This document shows, piece by piece, positions 1-8,155 of a stretch of DNA of 64,000 nt. The DNA is taken from NCBI GenBank assembly GCA_965222075.1, contig OZ244937.1, positions 3,328,001 through 3,392,000 on the forward strand. Direction: 5' to 3'. Position numbers and translations under genes: made by a program. Source of the stretch: Candidatus Latescibacterota bacterium. GTDB lineage: Bacteria > Latescibacterota > UBA2968 > GCA-2709665. Below the pieces are notes generated by a model. The model was given only the letters and a program-made list of their open reading frames with translations. It ran no database searches and was not told the origin of the DNA. Each line of letters starts with the position of its first letter. Within the stretch, counting starts at the first letter, position 1.

Positions 1-1275
1 CAGCGGCTGCCCTACCCGGACCCCTCGCCCCCACCCTGGCCTCCGGAGATCTTCCGGGTTGTCCCCGACAGCCTCTACTTCATCATGGGCGAACTCCCCT
101 TCATCACCGCCCTCTACGAACACCGCCGCGCCGAACTCATGTCCGAACGCACCCTCGCCATCGACGGCATCAAGGCCCTCCTCTTAGAGGCCCGAAGCGC
201 CTGGGTGGCAAAACATGACCTCAAACACCACTGGCTCACCCCCCAGGCCCTCGCGCTCGCCCTGCGCTACATCCGCAACCTCACCCTCTTAGACCGGCGC
301 ATGACCCCCGACCTCTACACCCTCGCCCTGGCCGCCAAACAGATCGGCGGAGACGCCTTTGCTATCGCCCTCATCGAAACCGCCCGCAGCTATGCGCCCC
401 AAATCCTCCCGACTCCCTTTTCCGACATCCCCATCGGCATAGGGAACGCCGCCTTCCCCACCGGCGAAGCCGACGTTAAAAACCGCCTGAAGGGAATCGA
501 CACCCAATGGCGCAGTCTGCCCCTGAGACCGTCGCCTCCCCCCGAAAAGAAGCAGGAGTGGAAAATGCAGTGGGACCCGCACCAGCAGTGCTCCCACCTC
601 CCCGAAGACGAAAAGATCGAAAGCTTCAACGCCCACGTCCGCGAACAGGCCCGGCAGCTCATCGGCCAGGACCTGGCCCGCACCGAAAAATTCACCACCT
701 CGCTCAAAGACGGGCTCGACATCCGGGAGACCCTCCGAAACTGGCACACCGGCGACATCTACGTCAAAGAACTGCCCCCCTCGCGGGGAACCGTCGAAAT
801 CGTCGTCTTCCTCTTTGAAAGCCCCGCCGACCCGGACAAATATCCCTGGCGCGCCACCTGGTACGCCGAGCACGTGGAAGAATCCACCCTCTGCTTCTTC
901 GCCACCAACTTCCTGGACAACACCATCGGCCCCGGCATCGGCCAGGCCGTCTACGGCGGCTGTTCCCTCCTCTTCCCCCCCCGGCCGATTCCCGACATCT
1001 GGACCGACCCCCGCTTCAACGAGGCGCAAACCCCCGAAGAACGCCTCCTGTCCGGCGCCCTCTACCACTCCCTGGAAAAACGGGTTGCCCTCGTCGCTCC
1101 CCACCCGCCCACAGCGCGCTGGCGCCACATCGCGAAACGCTACAAAAAACAGATCGTCTACATCCCACTCAAACGCTTCTCCTCCCAGACCCTGGACCGC
1201 CTGCGGATCTTCCACGTCCTCAACGGCCGGGAGATCCGCTCCTACGCCGCGAAATATATCCGCGATTTTCGATAA
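1..1275 (+). CDS. Conserved hypothetical protein, 5'-truncated by the window edge
   Basis: Frame is open from base 1 (QRLPYPDP...FIMGELPF...) to TAA at 1273-1275, with strong C3 codon bias; no recognised catalytic motif. Confidence 0.8.
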   Translation, partial: QRLPYPDPSPPPWPPEIFRVVPDSLYFIMGELPFITALYEHRRAELMSERTLAIDGIKALLLEARSAWVAKHDLKHHWLTPQALALALRYIRNLTLLDRRMTPDLYTLALAAKQIGGDAFAIALIETARSYAPQILPTPFSDIPIGIGNAAFPTGEADVKNRLKGIDTQWRSLPLRPSPPPEKKQEWKMQWDPHQQCSHLPEDEKIESFNAHVREQARQLIGQDLARTEKFTTSLKDGLDIRETLRNWHTGDIYVKELPPSRGTVEIVVFLFESPADPDKYPWRATWYAEHVEESTLCFFATNFLDNTIGPGIGQAVYGGCSLLFPPRPIPDIWTDPRFNEAQTPEERLLSGALYHSLEKRVALVAPHPPTARWRHIAKRYKKQIVYIPLKRFSSQTLDRLRIFHVLNGREIRSYAAKYIRDFR

Positions 1276-1381
1276 AACGATCACGATCTCTGAAATCCGG
1301 CCTCGTACGCCTGTTGGCGGTGAATAAGCGCGTTCGGTGTATCCAGGTCCGGAGGCCTCACAGAGCGACGCGGGCAAAAAG

Positions 1382-1411
1382 AATCCCATCGGAAGCGACT
1401 CCGATGGGATT
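1382..1411. terminator. Bidirectional intrinsic terminator-like hairpin between convergent genes
   Basis: AATCCCATCGGA/TCCGATGGGATT 12-bp perfect stem flanked by an A-run and a T-run. Confidence 0.7.
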
Positions 1412-1441
1412 TTCGTATATTCCAGCCTTTTTTTATAATCG

Positions 1442-2938
1442 TCACAGCCTGCGGATTATTTCATTGGCCTTTTCCTCATAAATCTGCTGCCATTGCGGGG
1501 CCAACAGGCACTCCGTTACTTCGTACCCTCCCTTGCTGTAGTCGGCTGCAGGGGGACCGTAGTGGATATAGCCATTGGAAAAGGCCGCCATAAAGGTGTG
1601 TTTATAGGACGAGGCCCTCTTGACATTCAGGCCGACTTCGACGAGCACCTCCGCCGGGGAAGTGATCAACACGCAGTCTCCGATTTTAATGCCCTGCACC
1701 TCGGTCGATATGGTCGCCTCGCCGGCTTCGTCGTTGATCGCCTGATGCCTCTTCAACGTACCTATCTTATCCTGGATTCTTGCCAATTTCTCCATGGCGT
1801 AAATGTTGTTGAGATATTTCTCAATATTTCTCCTGTTTCCAGAATCCAGAGCGGAAAGCTCATCGGTGCCCACCTCTTCAGCCTGCAGATACCTGTAGGA
1901 ATAATACGACGGGTAGTCGGGACTAAGCGCATATTTGATGTACAAAGGCAGGAAGGTCTTGATGTTCAGGCTGGTAAACCTCAAAGATTCCAGCAGCTCG
2001 GCCTGCTCCTGCTGCAGCGATTCAATACGTTCAGGAATATCGGTTCTTCGGGGAAGCGCTATTGTTTCAGAAATGACACTCAGCTTTGCATCTTCAGTCT
2101 GTATATCTCTCAGCGCTTTCAAGGTGCTCAGGCCCAGCATTGTGCCCAGCGGTTCGGCGTCTCTGGGGCGGTTGACGTCTTTATAGAGTACCTCGGTAAT
2201 GTCCCCGGCCGCTCCCTGTAAGAACAGCGCCATCACACCATTTCCCAGGTTCTCTTCGATAACTTTTGAGGCAAAACCCGGAAAATCGGCTGTAACCCCT
2301 CCCCGGGGAACGCCGATATAGGGATGACAGGCGAAATTATAGACCACGGCCAGCGGCCGACCGTCCATTCGGTCTATTCGAAGAATGCCTATTTCAGGGT
2401 CAATTGGCCCAACACCTGCGACCTCTTCGTCCGGCGGGCAGGGGTTGGCGTGGCGGATCGTCCACCATGTGCCGTTCTTCAGTCTGAGGGTTCGGTTCAT
2501 CATGATCCTGTCTTCATAGCCCAGACCCGTGCCGACCTTTACCGCTGTCATATTCTGCCGAGCCCGGCGGACCGCATCGAACGTTCTGTCAACCTGGCTG
2601 ACGTCGTCGCACAACAGCCGGCCCGGCGGGTGGGTGTGAGAGGCGTTGACCAGAACGTTGCGGTCGGCGATTTTTAACTCCTTCTGAATTCTGCTGCGCA
2701 GCTTCGGCAGAAAATCGTCTCCGATATCGCCTATACCACCTATTGCCGTAGCGTCCATTGCAATAATGGCTACCTTTGTCCTGCCGTCGTCCAAAACCAG
2801 GGCTTTGGCGTATAACGGGTCATGAATCACGGCCTCTTTCGCATCGGTGGTAATATTGCTCCTGGCCACGCCGGCACGCAAAAAACCGGTCTCTAAAAAC
2901 TGCTGTCTGTTCAAACCGCCCATTTTAATTCCCGTCAC
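1442..2938 (-). CDS. Neutral/alkaline ceramidase-like amidohydrolase
   Basis: Motifs HDPLYAKALVL, NASHTH, YNFACHP, ADFPG, FLQGAAGD, GGYE are typical of the ceramidase N-terminal family; start uncertain. Confidence 0.75.
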   Translation of the reverse strand: MTGIKMGGLNRQQFLETGFLRAGVARSNITTDAKEAVIHDPLYAKALVLDDGRTKVAIIAMDATAIGGIGDIGDDFLPKLRSRIQKELKIADRNVLVNASHTHPPGRLLCDDVSQVDRTFDAVRRARQNMTAVKVGTGLGYEDRIMMNRTLRLKNGTWWTIRHANPCPPDEEVAGVGPIDPEIGILRIDRMDGRPLAVVYNFACHPYIGVPRGGVTADFPGFASKVIEENLGNGVMALFLQGAAGDITEVLYKDVNRPRDAEPLGTMLGLSTLKALRDIQTEDAKLSVISETIALPRRTDIPERIESLQQEQAELLESLRFTSLNIKTFLPLYIKYALSPDYPSYYSYRYLQAEEVGTDELSALDSGNRRNIEKYLNNIYAMEKLARIQDKIGTLKRHQAINDEAGEATISTEVQGIKIGDCVLITSPAEVLVEVGLNVKRASSYKHTFMAAFSNGYIHYGPPAADYSKGGYEVTECLLAPQWQQIYEEKANEIIRRL

Positions 2939-3803
2939 GTGTTAAGCCCGGAATCGGCCACGCAGTACTGAACCCGTGCTGCTCCAGGATATCGATCCCT
3001 CTCCTTACGTGCAGACCAACTCCGGCCACACCGTGTGAGTCATCTCCCGGCACACAGGGAATCCCAAGCTCGAAGGCCATCTCCAGAATCGATCCGGAGA
3101 CATAGGGTTCGCTTCCTCCCTTTTCAAATGCTCTGAGATTGAAGTCCAGAATCGACTCAAGTTCTTTGATCCTCTCAAGGTTTCTCCGGATTCGCCCTTT
3201 GACCTCAGGACGCTCCAGTCGTCCGTGATAGTCCTGATCGTGCATCCGAATCAGATCGAAGTGCCCGACCACTTCCGGCTGGAGTACCTCCAACAGCTCG
3301 TACTGCTGGTCGAAGTATTCGCAAAACAGCGCATCAATACCCCCGACCTCCTCAACGGCACGGGCATACAACGCTGGCGAACCATCGATGGGTATATCCC
3401 TGACATGGTGAACAGAGCCGACAATATAGTCAGGTTGAAACCGACTCCGCAGACCCTCAACATGTGCTTCATAGCCGGTGCAACACTCCGTTTCGAATCC
3501 AACCAGCACCCGAATGGCGTCTCGATACCTGTTCTGGAGCTTGCGTGCGACGGAGATATACTCAGCGAAGCGTGCCAACATCGACTCCGGCGTGTATCCC
3601 TCTTCAATCTCATCAGGATAGAGAAACGCCGCTGAAACGGGAGGGATATGTTCGGTAATACCCACCCATTCGAAGCCCTTGCGGATGTAGGAGCGGACGA
3701 TCTCCTCAAGTGAATCCGATGCGTGACAGCAGAACTCACCGCTGTGTCCGCCGTGTATGGACACAAGCGCAGCCGATGTCGGGTCCGGTTCCTTCACGTC
3801 CAC
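2925..3803 (-). CDS. hisJ: PHP-family histidinol-phosphatase (HisJ type)
   Basis: HGGHS..FCCH, GITEH, GFE, DYIVGSVHH, GHFD and GDDSH PHP motifs. Confidence 0.8.
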   Translation of the reverse strand: MDVKEPDPTSAALVSIHGGHSGEFCCHASDSLEEIVRSYIRKGFEWVGITEHIPPVSAAFLYPDEIEEGYTPESMLARFAEYISVARKLQNRYRDAIRVLVGFETECCTGYEAHVEGLRSRFQPDYIVGSVHHVRDIPIDGSPALYARAVEEVGGIDALFCEYFDQQYELLEVLQPEVVGHFDLIRMHDQDYHGRLERPEVKGRIRRNLERIKELESILDFNLRAFEKGGSEPYVSGSILEMAFELGIPCVPGDDSHGVAGVGLHVRRGIDILEQHGFSTAWPIPGLTRDGN

Positions 3804-3869
3804 CTCCCTATGGGCACAAAGCTTTCTCCTCAGCTACATAACATGCCAGGATAAATGCCTCCAGTCAAG

Positions 3870-3887
3870 TAAGAAGCTGTCTTAAAA
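3870..3887 (+). repeat. Copy of a putative MITE/IS terminal motif (TAAGAAGCTGTCTTAAAA)
   Basis: Related motifs at 8132-8148 (inverted), 28690-28708 and partially 14085-14094 (inverted). Confidence 0.45.
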
Positions 3888-4051
3888 TCCCCAGCGGTCT
3901 TCACGCGGATGCTTCCCCCGCAACCCGTAGCCAAAAATGCACGCCGGGCGGTTTTCGGTCCACATCAGCACCGGTTCGGACCTCGCACGTGCGGAATTGT
4001 GGAATGCTGAAAGATTGTTTTTTTCTGAAAAATTGTATTATCATGTAAAAT

Positions 4052-4076
4052 GGGCGAACACAAGGTTCGCCCCTGC
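4052..4076 (-). repeat. GTAG-type REP-like palindrome
   Basis: Reverse complement GCAGGGGCGAACCTTGTGTTCGCCC; similar to 61681-61745. Confidence 0.65.
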
Positions 4077-4123
4077 GGTGCCTCTGTACACCCTGCCATT
4101 TCCATATTCCGGAGGTCTCACAG

Positions 4124-5083
4124 ATGAAACTCGCCCTCGTTTTGCGCCCCCTTGCCGAAGAGCGCCTGAAACTGGCCAGACAGATCGGCGTCACTGACAT
4201 CGTCACCGTCCTGCCGCAGGAAGACCAGAGTGGACCGGTGTGGGACTTCCATGCCATCCTCCAGCACCGGAAACGTGTCGAAGACGCCGGGCTCACCTGG
4301 TCTGTCGTCGAATCGGTGCCCATCTCCGACCGTATCAAACTGGGCCTCGAAGGCCGGGACGCTGACATCGACGCTTACTGCCAGACGGTTCGGAACCTCG
4401 GCGCGGCAGGCATCCCCATCATGTGTTACAACTGGATGGCCGTCTTCAACTGGATACGCACCTCCGTAACCACCCGCACCCGGGGCGATGCCCTTGCCAG
4501 CAGCTACGATCACAGCCTGATGGCAAACGCCGCGCTGACAAAATACGGAGAGGTCTCTGAAGAACGGCTTTGGGACACCCTGGAATACTTCCTCAAACGC
4601 GTTATCCCCGTCGCCGAAGAGGCCGGCGTCAGGCAGGCCCTCCATCCGGACGACCCGCCCCTCTCCCCGATCCGGGGCATCTCCCGCATCGTCACCAGCG
4701 TACAGGCCTTCGACCGCGTGCTCGACATGCTCCCCAGCGATTACAACGGCATCACCTTCTGCCAGGGCAACTTCGCCGCCATGGGCGTGGATGTGCCTGA
4801 AACCATCCGCCGCTTCGGAAAACAGGACAAAATCCCCTTCGCCCACTTCCGGGACGTCAGAGGAACCGTCCCCACCTTTGAAGAAACCTTCCACGACGAC
4901 GGCGACACCGACATGGCCGAATGCATCCGCGCCTACCGGGACGTCGGCTTCGACGGTCCCGTCCGCCCCGACCACGTCCCCACCCTGGAAGGCGAGGCCA
5001 ACGACACCCCCGGCTACACGCTTATGGGCCGGCTCTATGCAATCGGATATATGAAGGGACTCCTCCACGCTACAACAGCGTAA
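4124..5083 (+). CDS. uxuA: Mannonate dehydratase
   Basis: SVVES, CYNWM, ALHPDDPP, GITFCQGNF, HFRDVRG, RPDHVP, AIGYMKGL; GGAGG RBS upstream. Confidence 0.92.
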   Translation: MKLALVLRPLAEERLKLARQIGVTDIVTVLPQEDQSGPVWDFHAILQHRKRVEDAGLTWSVVESVPISDRIKLGLEGRDADIDAYCQTVRNLGAAGIPIMCYNWMAVFNWIRTSVTTRTRGDALASSYDHSLMANAALTKYGEVSEERLWDTLEYFLKRVIPVAEEAGVRQALHPDDPPLSPIRGISRIVTSVQAFDRVLDMLPSDYNGITFCQGNFAAMGVDVPETIRRFGKQDKIPFAHFRDVRGTVPTFEETFHDDGDTDMAECIRAYRDVGFDGPVRPDHVPTLEGEANDTPGYTLMGRLYAIGYMKGLLHATTA

Positions 5084-5099
5084 AACCAGGAACCTGAAA

Positions 5100-6071
5100 A
5101 TGCGCGACATCAAAATCGGCGCGGCCCAGTTCGAGTCCCGGGACGCCGACAAGGCCTACAACCTCTCCCGGATCCAAGCCCTCACGCAGAAAGCCGTAGA
5201 GGAGGGCGCCGAAACCGTCTCCTTCCACGAATGCTGCATCCCCGGCTACACCTTCCTGCAGACCCTCTCCAGGAGCCGCCTGGTCGAACTGGCCGAACCC
5301 GTGCCCGGCGGCCCTTCCACAAAGCGCCTCATCCAGATCGCCCGGGAATACAACGTCTCCCTCCTGGCTGGCCTCCTCGAAATCGAAAACCGCGTCCTCT
5401 ACAACACCTGCGTCGCCGTCACCCCCGACGGCTTTCTGACCAAACACCGGAAACTCCACGCCTTCATCAGCAAATTCATCTCCTCCGGCGACCGCTTCAC
5501 CGTTTTCGACCTGTGCGACTGCAGGGTCGGCATCCTCACCTGCTACGACAACAACCTTCCCGAAAACGTGCGCATCACCGCCATGATGGGCGCCGAAATC
5601 ATCTTCATGCCCCACGTCACCTGCGGCCTCGAATCGGCCATGCCCGGCCGGGGCAAGATCAACCGGGAAATCTGGGAAAACCGTCACCGCGACCCCGTCC
5701 GCTGCCGCCAGGAATTCCTGGGTCCCAAAGGCCGCGGCTGGCTCATGCGCTGGCTGCCCGCTCGCGCCTACGAAAACGGTGTCTACGCCGTCTACACCAA
5801 CCCCATCGGCATCGACCACGACACGGTAAAAAACGGCAACGCCATGATCATCGACCCCTTCGGCGAAATCCTGATCGAATCCCACGCCCTGGAAGATGAC
5901 GTCGTCGTCGGCCACCTCACTCCCGAAAAGATCCCGGTCTCTTCCGGATACCGCTACCTCCGCGCCCGCCGCCCCGAACTCTACGGCAAACTGGTCGAGC
6001 CCCTGCCCCCTGACATGCAGCAGGGAACCCATCCGGGGTGGAAACTCGCAGAACCCGAACCGGAAGCCTGA
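5100..6071 (+). CDS. Nitrilase / carbon-nitrogen hydrolase family protein
   Basis: Catalytic triad context FHE, RKLH, TCYD; RAYENG and IIDPFG motifs. Confidence 0.9.
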   Translation: MRDIKIGAAQFESRDADKAYNLSRIQALTQKAVEEGAETVSFHECCIPGYTFLQTLSRSRLVELAEPVPGGPSTKRLIQIAREYNVSLLAGLLEIENRVLYNTCVAVTPDGFLTKHRKLHAFISKFISSGDRFTVFDLCDCRVGILTCYDNNLPENVRITAMMGAEIIFMPHVTCGLESAMPGRGKINREIWENRHRDPVRCRQEFLGPKGRGWLMRWLPARAYENGVYAVYTNPIGIDHDTVKNGNAMIIDPFGEILIESHALEDDVVVGHLTPEKIPVSSGYRYLRARRPELYGKLVEPLPPDMQQGTHPGWKLAEPEPEA

Positions 6072-6133
6072 GGAATCGATTTTACCGAAATGGAGGGACG
6101 GTCGGCCGGTCACCCCCACCCCGGGAACCCAAT

Positions 6134-8110
6134 ATGGCAGAACCCTCAGCAGCCCGCACAGAACCCGGTTCGCATCCCCGTCCCGAAACCGGTGCCGTCA
6201 CTCCACGCGCGGTTGTCCTGGGCCTGATCCTGGTCCTTGGCATCAACTTCTGGATCTCCACCTCCGAGTACGTCATCCACGCCTCCCGGATGCAACTCGC
6301 CCACTTCCCCTTCGCCCTCTTCGCGGCCTTTCTTTTCATCGCCCTCCTCAACGGCGTCCTCAGGCGCCTCGTCCCCCACCGCGCCCTCACCGAAGCCGAA
6401 CTCCTCACCCTCCTTGCGATGGGATTCGCAGGGTCCATCATCCCCACCTCGGGCATCACCGGCTTCCTCATAGGCATTCTCGCCAGCGTCTACTACTTCG
6501 CCACGCCTGAAAACCAGTGGGGGACCTATCTCCACACCAACCTGCCCGCCTGGGCCGTACCATCCAACGAACACCACGCCATGACCTGGTTCTTCGAAGG
6601 CCTCCCCGCCGGCCAGCGGGCGCCCTATGCCGCCTGGATCGGCCCCCTCGTCTGGTGGGTTCTCTTTCTCCTGGCCCTGGGCGCCGTCTGCCTGTGCATC
6701 TCCGTCATCCTCCGGCGGCAGTGGGTACAAAACGAGCGCCTCCTCTACCCCCTCGCCTCCGTCGGCGCCACCCTCGCCCAGGGATCGCCCGACCGCATCC
6801 GTCCCAGCGCTCTGAGGGGCGGCCTCTTCCGGGCCGGGTTCTGCATCAGCTTCGGCATCGTCGCATGGAACATCCTGGTCTACTTCTGGCCTGTGCTCCC
6901 CAAGCTCCCCTGGGGCATCAAATGGACCGTCTTCGTGAAAGGCTTCCCCCGCGTCAACACCGGCATCAACTACTTCACCGCAGGCTTCGCCTACTTTGCC
7001 AACCTCAACATCCTCTTCTCCATCTGGTTCTTCTTCATCCTCTTCTTCTGGATCGAAAACGGCATCCTCAACCGGATCGGCTACGCCATCACCCCCAACC
7101 CGACCAACTTCGACGCGGAAACCGCCGTCGCCGCCTGGCAGGGCTTTGGCGCGCTCACCCTCCTCGTCTGTTGGAACCTCTGGACCGCCCGCGCCCACAT
7201 CCGGACCGTCTTCGCCACGGCCTTTGGAAAGGCCAGCGCCGACGACAGCGATGAACTCCTCTCCTACCGCGCCGCCGTCTTCGGCCTCATCGGGAGCCTG
7301 TTCTTCGTCTGCGCCTTCCTCTCCCGCCTGGGCATGCAGGGCAAATTGGTCGCTATCCTCGTCCCCGCCCTTCTCATCAACTACCTTGCCATCGCCCGCA
7401 TCGTCTCCGAGACCGGCCTGGCCTACGTGCGAACCACCCTGTGCGAACAGTACGCCGCCCTCTTCACCCTCGGCACCCGGGGGCTCTCTCCCGCCAGCAT
7501 GGCCAGCATCAGCCTCACCTACGGCCTCGTCTCACAGGGCAAAGGCATCTTCATGACCCCCTTCGCCCACGTCGCCCGGCTCGCCGACCCCATCCGGCGG
7601 CACCACCGCCTAATCCCCGCCCTCATCCTCGTCATCCTCCTGGGCATCGTCGCCGACTTCCTCTTAACGATCCACCTGGGCTACAAAACCGGCGCCTTCA
7701 ACTTCAACGCCTGGCCCTTCTCCAGCGCCGGCCCCTTCGCCTACAGCCTCACCGTCTCCCAGATGCGATCCCCCTTCGACACGAGTTGGGAGCGCCTCGC
7801 CGTCTTCTGCCTGGGCGCCTCCGTTATGGCCCTCCTCACCTTTTTGCACTACCGATTCCCCTGGTGGCCTCTCCACCCCATCGGCTTCCCCATCGCCTCC
7901 ACCTGGACCGCCCAACTCGCCTTCTTCTCCATCTTCCTCGTCTGGAGCATCAAGGCGGTCCTCCTCAAAATTGGCGGCGTCACCCTCTACCGCAAATGGC
8001 AGCCTTTCTTCTTCGGCATCCTCGTCGGCTACGCCCTTGGGATCACCCTCTCCTTCGTCGTCGACGTCATCTGGTTTCCCGGACAGGGACACAGAGTCCA
8101 CGGTTGGTAA
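6134..8110 (+). CDS. Polytopic membrane protein, DUF6785/DUF6784 type (putative transporter)
   Basis: Many hydrophobic helices; motifs LRRQW..ERL.YPL, RF.WWPLHPIG, LKIGG..LYRK.QPFF.G; ATG at 6134. Confidence 0.75.
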   Translation: MAEPSAARTEPGSHPRPETGAVTPRAVVLGLILVLGINFWISTSEYVIHASRMQLAHFPFALFAAFLFIALLNGVLRRLVPHRALTEAELLTLLAMGFAGSIIPTSGITGFLIGILASVYYFATPENQWGTYLHTNLPAWAVPSNEHHAMTWFFEGLPAGQRAPYAAWIGPLVWWVLFLLALGAVCLCISVILRRQWVQNERLLYPLASVGATLAQGSPDRIRPSALRGGLFRAGFCISFGIVAWNILVYFWPVLPKLPWGIKWTVFVKGFPRVNTGINYFTAGFAYFANLNILFSIWFFFILFFWIENGILNRIGYAITPNPTNFDAETAVAAWQGFGALTLLVCWNLWTARAHIRTVFATAFGKASADDSDELLSYRAAVFGLIGSLFFVCAFLSRLGMQGKLVAILVPALLINYLAIARIVSETGLAYVRTTLCEQYAALFTLGTRGLSPASMASISLTYGLVSQGKGIFMTPFAHVARLADPIRRHHRLIPALILVILLGIVADFLLTIHLGYKTGAFNFNAWPFSSAGPFAYSLTVSQMRSPFDTSWERLAVFCLGASVMALLTFLHYRFPWWPLHPIGFPIASTWTAQLAFFSIFLVWSIKAVLLKIGGVTLYRKWQPFFFGILVGYALGITLSFVVDVIWFPGQGHRVHGW

Positions 8111-8155
8111 TATCCCCTGCGGGGGAGGGGGTTAAGACAGCTTCTAAGCAGCTTC

